Shown here piece after piece: positions 1 through 9,030 of a stretch of DNA of 64,000 nt (position 1 is the stretch's first letter; each line of letters begins with the position of its first letter). The translations under genes were made by a program, and so were the position numbers. Origin of the DNA: Perkinsela sp. CCAP 1560/9 (lineage: Eukaryota > Protista > Euglenozoa: Kinetoplastea). The notes beneath the pieces were generated by a model. The model saw only the letters and a list, made by a program, of their open reading frames with translations, ran no database searches and was not told the origin of the DNA. The stretch spans positions 744,001 through 808,000 of the forward strand of contig CBFFSA010000003.1 in NCBI GenBank assembly GCA_965644495.1. The letters are read 5' to 3'.

Positions 1-802
1 GCTTACGACCAACGTACAAAATCGCAATCAGGACATGCTCATGTAATACGGTATCAACCCCGCCATCCACTGCCATGCCAAAAAATGTTGCTCGATCAAG
101 CTGTTCATTGACCAAGGCCCACACTTTGTCGGCGACGCGGTGTTCGTAGCGGTGAAACACCTTAGCACTAGGTGTTGCGTCGATGACATCCTTTGAATCT
201 ATTTTCGAAGGGCGGAGAACTTCATATTCTGCAACGAACTTAAGGAAAGCATCCGTCGACAGACTATGTTTCGCGGCAAGACGTGGCCAATCAATTTGTA
301 CAAACTGCTCGACTTGGGCTTTCTGTGATTCCGCATCTACTTGTGCGTAGGTGTCGCTGATTGCGCCTGTGCAAGTCTTTAAGTGCTTATAGCACAATGC
401 TTCAATCCTACTGTGTGTTATAAAAGAGCATTGCGTACATTTCACGTGTCTAGCGTGGCCCATGCTGTCGCATTTAATGGTGTTGACGGGGTTTTCGGCA
501 TTTTTTACGGCCCAAGCTTCACATCCTTTTTCAGCGCATGTGAAGTCACATCTCTCATAAACCAAGATGTTTTGATTTCTGAGAGAACCGAACGATAGGG
601 GGTCATTTCCAGTATTGCTTCTTCCTCTACGAGGGCGAGGAGAATCCTGGATCAACGCATTTTCCGCGTTAGCCGCTATTTGTGTTGGAGTTGCTTCTAG
701 TCGCTCCATTACGGCAGCCGCTTTTTCTCGATGCGCTTGCGCAGTGGCGTTCCTGCGTCTTCGAGTGTTCGGGGGAGAAGGGTACTCGATCGGACTTGTC
801 AT
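1..802 (-). CDS. hAT-like DDE transposase, N-terminal part (open reading frame runs off the left edge)
   Basis: Manual translation from ATG 802 gives 267 codons with no stop. It contains a BED-like Zn finger (CTQC...KHLKTC) and ATFFGMAVDGGVD, resembling the first catalytic Asp strand of hAT transposases. It is absent from the ORF track because no stop lies in the window. Confidence 0.6.
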   Translation of the reverse strand, partial: MTSPIEYPSPPNTRRRRNATAQAHREKAAAVMERLEATPTQIAANAENALIQDSPRPRRGRSNTGNDPLSFGSLRNQNILVYERCDFTCAEKGCEAWAVKNAENPVNTIKCDSMGHARHVKCTQCSFITHSRIEALCYKHLKTCTGAISDTYAQVDAESQKAQVEQFVQIDWPRLAAKHSLSTDAFLKFVAEYEVLRPSKIDSKDVIDATPSAKVFHRYEHRVADKVWALVNEQLDRATFFGMAVDGGVDTVLHEHVLIAILYVGRK

Positions 803-1059
803 TTATGTGAAAAAGTGCTGGAGCTTAAAATAAGTTTAGAACGTCAAATAATGAGGATGTCACGTACATTCTATTTTCTTCGCACTAAATTATTTAATAC
901 AATGTATATTTAAAATATACGTTGCATACAAAATTTACGTGTGAAGATGCGCAATATGATAGCATTCTTGTAGCATAACCTTCTATTATCTTGTCTAAAG
1001 GCCCCAAATGTAATGCCACACCTCTGTACACAGCTGGAAGATCAATAATTAACTACTTG

Positions 1060-1166
1060 GTCTAAGCTAGTCTTAAGGGAAAAAAGTAGTAATTACTACT
1101 TTTAAGTAACTTTAGTAATTACTATAGTAATTACTATAGTAATTACTAGTTTACTAGTCTAAGCTA
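1060..1166. repeat. Tandem palindromic 12-mer TAGTAATTACTA patch flanked by GTCTAAGCTA direct repeats
   Basis: Seen directly; abuts the 3' end of the pogo pseudogene. Confidence 0.75.
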
Positions 1167-2459
1167 TGATATTGACCTCACTCAAGCTTTCAACAGAAAA
1201 ACGCGTAATTTTGTCTCGTGTCGGAGCCTCAAGAGCTTTAAAGGAGCGAGCTCCCCGCCAGTAAGCAAACTTGCTTGCATAGTTCCTTTTAAACTCTTTG
1301 TTTACACTCGTATCCATCAATTGTATTAGCGGAGTGCACCCCCGGGTATAAAAAGAATGTCAATTTCCATTCTTTTAAGTTCTTCAAGTAATTCTGGAGT
1401 TCTGTGCGCGGCGAATAAGTCTACCACAAGAAGTGTCTTGCGTGGCGGGTACTTATTTTTGTCGCAAAGCTCGTGCTTTGCTCACAACAGGAAGGCTTCA
1501 CCTTTCATCCAACCAGATTTTGTTGTGATACTTGTACAACCGTATTTCCTGCTCGCACTCTCGGTTTGTTGAGAAATGGCTCCTTTTTGGGAATGTGCGC
1601 TCCAAATTAAATGTGTCGGATTCATGGTGTGTGACCACACGTTCCCTAATCCTCGAACAGAGCGGGAACTCAACCAACCCGTAGTTATACTTCGCTCTTT
1701 TCCTGTGGTTCGTATTTTTACGCGCTTTGCGCCCCGAAATTCGTAAGTTGCCGTGGAAACAGGTTCCCATACAACTGGCGTTTCATATCCGGTGATTACA
1801 ACACTGTACCCTCCGTGATCGAGATTCATCAGGGACAACATGTCCTTCCACTCACTCACACGGAGATCTGCGTCCGCGGCAAGCACTTGCGTGCATCCGT
1901 TAACCCGTCGCAAAGAAATGTTAGCCCACTTGCAAAATTGCAACCAGAAGTATTCTTGGCCTTTATCTGTCAATTCACGAAAATGCTGTGAGATTTCATT
2001 GAAAAAATTGAACATCATGCTTTTCGTCACACCCACTACGGGCTCTCTCAATATTTGTACAGTTTCTGCTCCTTGCTCGTATAATTCTCGATTCTTTGTT
2101 GGTGGATGATATTGGTATTTTCTTCCGTACCCCAACCGGACGAGTTGCTTCCATAATTGCTTCTTTTTGAACAGTTTTCGTACGGTACTGACTTCCAGTT
2201 TGTACTCCTTCGCAATGACGTGTTGCATCTTACCATTGTCGATGGCGGCACACACATTCAATTTCTGTTGAATGGTTAATTCGACTCTTGATTTTCGCGA
2301 TGTTTTGGTGCTAGCCACCACAACTTGGGTTTCATTTATTACACTCGTGGGGACGTCTTCCATGTGAGGCATTACAGCAATACCTTCCCCATGCGCACGA
2401 AGCGGAACCAGTACTTGACTTGCATTAAAAGGTTTGTAATTCGCTTTCTTGTTAAGCAA
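1163..2459 (-). pseudogene. pogo/Tigger-like (HTH_psq + CENP-B HTH + DDE_1) transposase pseudogene
   Basis: Motifs RVELTIQQKLNV..IAKEYKLEVSTVR, GYETP (first Asp lost) and GWMKGEAFLL*. Reading continues past TGA 1482 as TLLVVDLFAAH, then after a frameshift in a G run near 1340 as CTPLIQLMDTSVNKEFK, with a second TGA near 1181. Confidence 0.85.
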
Positions 2460-2600
2460 GATGTTGATTAGAAGGCTGAAAATTTAAGAAACGTGAATAT
2501 TTTGGTTATTTATTGACTTAAGCATGTGTTGTCAAAACTATTGGGAATAAAATACATCGTTTAGCACAAAAACATTATTTAAGAACTTCATATCTTGGTA

Positions 2601-2650
2601 CTAGGTGACGTATCCTCTCATCGATCGTAAAAAGAGGATATGTCACCTAG
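2601..2650. other. 18-bp inverted repeat/hairpin
   Basis: CTAGGTGACGTATCCTCT ... AGAGGATATGTCACCTAG (one G-T pair), just upstream of a 20-mer array. Confidence 0.8.
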
Positions 2651-2675
2651 GAGGACAAGTGAGGGGGGGTGACGG

Positions 2676-2776
2676 TAGCACATTGATAATGCATACAACA
2701 CATTGATAATGCATATAGCACATTGATAATGCATATAGCACATTGATATTGCATATAGCACATTGATAATGCATAC
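2676..2776 (-). repeat. 20-bp tandem repeat (CACATTGATAATGCATATAG), about 5 copies
   Basis: Reverse complement of the arrays at 6572-6685 and 8853-8935. Confidence 0.95.
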
Positions 2777-2839
2777 CTTGTTGAATTTCTCTCTTCGTAT
2801 ATACTTTAAAAACGTTTTATGCCACTCACGCGTGCACAC

Positions 2840-2995
2840 TCCCTGCCGTGCTCCTCGCGGTGCTCCCCGCCGTGCTCCCCGCCGTGCTCCCCACCGTGCT
2901 CCCCGCCGCCCTTCCCCCCAGGCTCCTCGCTGCGCTCCCTGCCGCTCTCCCCGCTGTCCTCCCCGCCGCGCTCCCCGCCTCATTCTCCGCCGCGC
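2840..2995 (+). repeat. GC-rich 12-bp minisatellite (CGCCGTGCTCCC-like)
   Basis: About 12 degenerate copies; produces spurious ORFs in several frames. Confidence 0.85.
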
Positions 2996-3144
2996 CCATG
3001 GTGTGGACCCATCCGGCGTCAGCACAACAAGACGTCAAGAAACTAGGGTAGTGTCCACACAGAAAATTAAGGCAGGGTAGTGGATTAACTTGTTAAGCCA
3101 CGCTGGGGAGTAGCGAACCCCTCCTACCCTGGAGCTGTTAATTA

Positions 3145-3610
3145 TTGGCTTCCTTTTATAGGAGGATAAGTGACTTATCCAAACATGTCAAACGATTGGC
3201 TTCTGAACACGATGTAAAAATTTGGGCCGGTATTATGTGGTTTTCTCCGGAGTGGATAGTTTTACACGCCCGACCTCGTGGCAAAGAGCCATTATCAATT
3301 CAGCGGGCCAACGACTTACTAGGAACGGGAACACCTATTTTTGATTTTACTCGAGAGGAGTGGGACGCATATACGACTTGCCAAGATTACGAGTGGACTT
3401 GTGGTATGAGCGATGTTCAGTGGTGGCACGAAATTGGGTCCAAGCGTTTCTCCACGATTTATGAAGCGGCACTGCATTATTTATGGCTCCCCCCTCTCGT
3501 AACGGCGTGCGACTCAGTTCTTTCTGTGCTTTCCTGGAAGTACACTTCCCGTCAAGCTCGTATCGGGACAGACGTGGTGGCGACCCAAATGTTTTTACGT
3601 GGAAACGAAG
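3145..3610 (+). pseudogene. hAT transposase C-terminal (dimerization domain) fragment
   Basis: QWWHEIGSKRFSTIYEAALHYLWLPPLVTACDSVLS...RQARIG..VVATQMFLRGN matches the hAT WW..F..L..A..L..P.S...ER.FS...R..L....L..N pattern. No ATG or catalytic core. Confidence 0.7.
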
Positions 3611-3824
3611 GATCTTTAAGGCCGAAACTGTCCCTCTTTCTCGGCGAAGTAGGGGACGCGCTTCCACCCCATCACCCCTCCCCGGCTCACTCCTTGAGTG
3701 GGTTTTCTTCCCTCCCCGGCTTTCTTCCCTTCGCGCCCTTTTCTTCCCGGGGAGCCATGCGCCATGGTGGCCTCCCTTGAGGACCACTGGGCGTGGCTCT
3801 GCCTCGCATTATCGCGAGGCAGCG

Positions 3825-3967
3825 GTCGGTTGCAGTGCGCCCCTCCGGCTGCGTAAAGAGGTGGTGAGTTGCCTGGACCACCTCTACCGACTGGGACCGA
3901 GTCGGTTGCAGTGCGCCCCTCCGGCTGCGTAAAGAGAGGGCGAGTTGCCTGGACCCCCTCTACCGAC
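3825..3967 (+). repeat. Two tandem 76-bp units, each able to fold as a three-way junction
   Basis: Each unit starts GTCGGT and ends ACCGAC, with internal stems TGCAG/CTGCG and AGAGGTGGT/ACCACCTCT. Confidence 0.85.
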
Positions 3968-4932
3968 AGAGTCCGAGCTAAACCCCCTTGGTGCGACATC
4001 CGTCAATACGGATTGTGCCGATGATATCGGCTGTCGCATCAAGGGCTGTATCTCTGCGCCAACGAGCGCATGAACATCAAAATTACCTGGCGAGCACCTT
4101 ACATGGCGCAGAGGTATAGCTCAAATTGAATTAATATCAGAGCAAATTTATTAAGTTTTTTAATATCAGTTTGAATTATTTTTAATTAATCAATTTGTGA
4201 GCTTAAAAATGATGTTCCTGATACAATTTGGTAGAAATGCAACATGGTTGAAATTAGTTTGCTCCGCTGGGCGATTTTTTCTTTTAGGTGGTGTATCTTA
4301 CCACCATCTGGGTAACAATGGTTTTCCTGATTCGTTTGTTCGTCATATACATCAACGTATATCAAAGCAATATACGTAGAATATACGAGGAAGTAATTTA
4401 TACGCGTATACCAATGAGGTACTAGCACGATTCACACGTCATTCCCCCTTTCTATTTTTTGTAAAACTTTTCACATAGTTTTATTATTGGTATTACAAAA
4501 ATTTTCTTTTCGCCTCTATGAAATACTATTTTCATGGTGCCTCTGACGACCCCTTTTGTATCTCAGCTTCTTATTCTTAACACCCGCAACCTTGCGATGG
4601 TTCCTCATCATCAGCAGTTATAATCCCTCATCAGCAGTTCTCGAGCAGCAGTTATCATTCCTCTTTAAGTTATCCCCATCCCTCTCTAAAAGCAGAGCTC
4701 CACGTCGACCATGAAAATACTCGCAAAAGTTCTCTATACTGTACTATGCCCATGCAAAATAGGTTGTCTCGTCTGTTTCGATCAAAAGTAACGATTTTTT
4801 TTGTCAAATAGGAGTGCCGCAATACCTGAGAAAAAAAATCCTTCCATTCCAAAAAAGTAGTATCTCATAGTACGTACTAGTCGATTACTAGTATTTTAGT
4901 ACGTACTAAAATACTAGTTAGACTATGTAAGT

Positions 4933-5053
4933 CGGGTGTGTGCCCTCTATGGTTGAGATTACTCCTGTGTTGGCACAGATGCTTCGAGCATCAGCATCCG
5001 CACAGCGGACCTAGGCTGGAACTAGGGGGCCATAGTCGCTCGCGCGACTCCCG
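4933..5053 (+). ncRNA. Candidate structured RNA/ssDNA element (~120 nt, multi-hairpin)
   Basis: Hairpins CTGTG/CACAG, GATGCT/AGCATC, TCCGC/GCGGA, CCTAG/CTAGG and AGTCGC/GCGACT, plus long-range CTATGG/CCATAG. Preceded by a perfect 32-bp palindrome at 4887-4918. Family and strand unknown. Confidence 0.35.
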
Positions 5054-5519
5054 CTAAATAGGGGGGAAGGTGGTAGTTGTTTTGGGGAAAATGAGAGGCC
5101 GAACGCACGGAGGGGCCGGCCGGGCCAATGAACCCACACACCATACCCAACCCCTAGCAAAGCCTAGACCTTGTTTACCCGTTTGCAAGACAAGAATGTG
5201 TGTCGTTAGTGGGAAGCAATTTGCGAAGTCGAAAGGCTGTGTGATATTAGTGTAACGCGCATAAGTACATGCCCGTGTATATAAAGGACGCACATTTACG
5301 GATAAGAATCGGATGTCTTTGGCACTGAGACAAACCACATAAATCTCAGATACGAGGAGATAAAAGAAACGAAGCGGAGCTGTGGACGTGTTTATTGCAG
5401 AAGGTTATTGTTCAGAGGTATAATATCTTGGACGATTATTACGATGATCGTGTTGCCGGAAATAACGAATTAGCACAAAAATAGCAATTTTGCTGATATG
5501 ATGCTGCCTATAAAGTCCG

Positions 5520-6544
5520 TCATTCTGATTCTTCCGACGTGTCTACTAAGAACCCGCTACGTACCTTCGGAGCAATGTTACCTCGAATGTTTTCGGCAAG
5601 CTCCTTTGGGCTGCTGTTCTGGAGAATTTCCATAGGTCGTTGGTTAATTGAATCACACACTGAGTCCAGAGTGGCCTGAGAAATGTCAGTGAAAACAACG
5701 CGCTTCGGGTGGAAATCGCGCACCAAACCATTGAAATGTTCTACCCCGCCCTTTTCCCAACTTGCAAAAGAAAGATAAACAGCCTAATGCTTCATTCACT
5801 GCCTCGTGCTTCGCAAACTCGGAGCCGTTGTCATAGGTCAAAGTACGAACCTGATAACCTCGCAGTGCTTGGATAATTTCCTGCGCAACGAGATCCGACC
5901 TTTTGCAAGACAGCTTGCGAAGGATGCCAAACCGGCTTTTCCGTTCTACAAGACTGAGAAAAAAGCCGCTGTGCTTACTCCCTTCAATTAGGCCGCATTC
6001 CCAGTCTCCATACCGGGACCGACTGTTGACTGAATCGGGGCGTTCGCTAATATCCGTCCGGTTTGGTATTTTCAGACGATTCGTGCCACGACGTCGTCTG
6101 CCACGACCTCCCCCCCGCCGAAGAAACTTGACCAAGTGCCCCGCTCTGTCTTCGCGTTTGATAAATCCGTAAATTGCTACACGTGACAGTTTTACGCCAT
6201 CTTCCTTATATATTGCAGTCGCAATTTGTTGAGGGCTAAATCGTTTTTCCAGAAGAGAGAGAACTTTATGTCGCATTGAACCGGAAATCTTAAGCTTCTT
6301 CCCTTGCGTTTTGTCATGGCTTTTTCACTCGTCCCTTGCGCACGCTTTGCACTGTACTCGCCGAGATGTGCGCCTCGCTTGAGCTCCCAGTAGCCTACTG
6401 AGCTACTGAGCTCACAGTAGCCTGGCTTACTCCCAGTTTTTCTTCTATTTCTTCTTGCGAGAAGCCTTGTTGATTATAGAGCACTGCGATACTTTCCCGG
6501 GCCTCGGTGTCTAGGCGTTTGGTTTTACGTTGGGAAACTGACAT
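5520..6544 (-). pseudogene. IS30-family transposase, full-length but frameshifted
   Basis: ATG 6544 MSVSQRKTKRLDTEARESI..GFSQ..LGVSQATVS..ELKR (HTH_38), then YSAKRAQ, FSPQQIA, ISERPDSVNSRSRYGDWECGLIEG, SLVERKSRF, LTYDNGSEFAKH, WEKGGVEHFNGLVRDFHPK and INQRP..L...SPKE. All IS30 hallmarks occur in order, broken by several indels. Confidence 0.9.
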
Positions 6545-6571
6545 TCTGGATGTCAAATAAAATTCTGAAGG

Positions 6572-6685
6572 TCAATGTGCTATATGCATTATCAATGTGC
6601 TATATGCATTATCAATGTGCTATATGCATTATCAATGTGCTATATGCACTATCAATGTGCCGCTTAGTATGCATTATCAATGTGC
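6572..6685 (+). repeat. 20-bp tandem repeat (TCAATGTGCTATATGCATTA)
   Basis: About 5 copies; same family as 2676-2776, 7585-7645 (degenerate) and 8853-8935. Confidence 0.95.
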
Positions 6686-6819
6686 GGGCGCCATTGGGTA
6701 GAGAATGCGACTCCAACCACACCATTCTTTCGACACAAAAAGGCCCCTTGGGGTCCGAAAATTACTTTTTCACACTTTTTGGTCAAGAATGGGCCATTTT
6801 AGGAGGCGTGCCACGGCTA

Positions 6820-7497
6820 GAAGAAGGGGTATCTGGCGAAAACGACGGTGCAGAAGGCTAGTGTATGTCCCAAACTCTCAAAATACAGTAGGGAAAAAAT
6901 GTTGAAAAAATATTACACTTCACAATCATTTCAACCCTCAGCTTCCAATTTATAAATAAGCGTACAATGCCCGCCGGCCCATCCTGGGCATACATTTATA
7001 AACACCCTTCGGACAATTCTATCCGTAAACTTTTAGCAATTTCATATTTTGGAGCCCAAAACTAGCAATTCGATCTCCCGTAAGTATAAGAACAATAATA
7101 ACAATACTAATAAAAATAAGCAATCCACGCCAAATCCATTCGCGCGTTCCGGACCGGGTCTTTCGACCTCTCCACGGCCTGACTTGTGAACCCTTCCCTT
7201 GCTATACGGGAGGGCGCAGGCGCGGGCCTGTGTCGACAGCGACACGGTCGCGAAACAGGATGCTGGTCGACGGGGAGGAGATTCACTACCCGTGTACTAC
7301 CTCACTTGGGGTACCTAGCCCTCGCGGGCTAGGCTTTTCAAAGTTTTTTATACGAAAAAATCCAAACTTGGCGGACCCGTCCTGCGGATACGAAGAAGGC
7401 GTATCTGGCGAAAACGACGGTGTAAAAGGCTAGTTTAGGTCCCAAACTCTCAAAATACAATAGGGACTGTACAATAGGGAAAAAAATGTTGAAAAAA
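6820..7497 (+). repeat. Pair of ~90-100 bp direct repeats (6820-6910 and 7391-7497)
   Basis: Both read GAAGAAGG.GTATCTGGCGAAAACGACGGTG...CCCAAACTCTCAAAATAC...GGGAAAAAATGTTGAAAAAA. The reverse complement resembles the internal GTATTTTGAGAGTTT motif of repeat family A. Confidence 0.85.
7033..7335 (+). repeat. 3'-truncated copy of structured-RNA cassette C
   Basis: Inverted near-identical copy of 10203-10503. Confidence 0.9.
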
Positions 7498-7649
7498 CAA
7501 CATTTTTTTCGCCAAGTTGAATCTTTTTTCAATTTTTTTTCCGAAACAAATGTGCCGGATTTATGCATGTTAATATGCCGCTTAATATGCATGTGAACGC
7601 TTAGTATGCAATATCAACGTGCACTTCTTATACATTATCAATGTGCCAG

Positions 7650-8852
7650 CGGCGGGGGCATACATCGCGATTTTTTTTTCGATTTTTTTGCTTTTCAAAA
7701 TCGAGCGCAGGGAAGTGGTAGAGTAGGCCGCGGTGATAATTTTCCTCCCCTCCCCCTGGTACGCGCAGCAGGGGTCCGGCAAGGTCAAAATTTCCAAAAA
7801 AAATTGGGGTGACAAAAACAAATATTATTTTTTAGACTCCTAAAACGTATTTTAAGAGTTTTGGACCTCAGCTACCATTCAACGACGTTTTTATTGGCAG
7901 ATTCGCCTCCTGCCCCCACTGGTAAGGCATCCAAAACGGCCCAAATTCGAGTTAAAATTTCGCAATTTTCGCCTAAAAATCGAGTTTTTTCACCCAAAAA
8001 AATAGATTATTCATGATCTTTTGGCGATTTTTATTTTTTAAGCTCTTCGTTAAACGCGGAGGTAGTTTTGAACGCGAAGCGCGCAGCATGAGTGACTTCT
8101 AAGTAGAAAACAACCACCGCGTTTAACGAAGAGCCTAATTATAAACGTGCAGTTAATATTGCGGTGGTTGTATAATTACCGCTCTACACTCGATTACTGA
8201 AAAAAAGTGAACAAAAACAGTAAAAATATAAAGAGGAACACAATAATGTAATAGAAGAAAAAAAAATAAAAGGGGGCTCCGGTGGTCCAAAACTGAAAAA
8301 AAAATTCAAAAAAAATGGGGTCTCCAGGGGGGGTCCATAGGGGGGGGGCATACGTCGCGAATTTCTTTTTTCGAATTTCTTGCTCTTCAAAATCGAGCGC
8401 AGGGAAGTGGTAGAGTAGGCTGCGGCGATAATTTTCTACCCCCCACCTGGGGGTACCCCCCCCCCCTGGTACGCGCAGGAGGGGTCCGACAAGGTGAAAA
8501 TTTCCCATATTTTTGGGGTGACCCAAAAAAAAAAAGTAAAAATATTATTTTTCGAAAGTCGACTCCTAAATCGTATTTTAAGAGTTTTGGACCTCAGCTA
8601 CCACTCTGCGACGTTTCTTTGGACAGATTCGCCTCCTGCCCCTACTGGTAAGACATCAAAAACGGCCCAAATTCGGGTTAAAATTTCGCAATTTTCGCCT
8701 AAAAATCGAGCTTTTTCACCCTGAAAAATTGATTATTCATGATCTTTTGGCGATTTTTCTTTTTCAGGCTCTTCGTTAAACGCAGAGGTAGTTTTAAACG
8801 CGAAGCGCGCAGCATGAGTGACTTCTAAGTAGAAAACAACCACCGCGTTTAA
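7650..8852 (+). mobile_element. Repeat family A: two tandem copies (7650-8134 5'-truncated; 8161-8852 full), hairpins at both ends, non-coding
   Basis: 5' hairpin GCGGTGGTT-GTAT-AATTACCGC. 3' ~93-nt hairpin with an 18-bp stem GCTCTTCGTTAAACGCGG/CCGCGTTTAACGAAGAGC. Further copies at 8935-9030 plus 11191-11294 (-), 13239-13329, 55602-55690 (-) and 56686-57320. Confidence 0.8.
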
Positions 8853-8935
8853 CAATGCATTATCAATATGCCTTATGCATTATCAATGCGCCTTATGCAT
8901 TATCAATGTGCCGCTTAGTATGCATTTTGAATGTG
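8853..8935 (+). repeat. 20-bp-family tandem repeat (ATGCATTATCAATGTGC)
   Basis: Directly follows the 3' hairpin of a family A copy. Confidence 0.9.
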
Positions 8936-9030
8936 CGGGTGCCCCCCCTGGACCCCCCCTGGTCCCCCCATTTTTTTGAATTTTTTGTTTTTCAGTTGTG
9001 CACCACCGGGGGCCCTTTTATATTTTTTTT

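Noticed and set aside
1181-1484. TGA=Trp recoding, suggested by two TGA codons at conserved Trp positions of the pogo transposase
   Set aside because: The same gene uses TGG elsewhere, has a frameshift and a lost catalytic Asp, and host genes end in TGA; ordinary decay explains it.
2618-3080. Five overlapping ORFs
   Set aside because: Translations of the 12-bp and 20-bp tandem repeats.
4095-4145. tRNA-like A box (TGGCGCAGAGG)
   Set aside because: No cloverleaf or T-loop GTTC.
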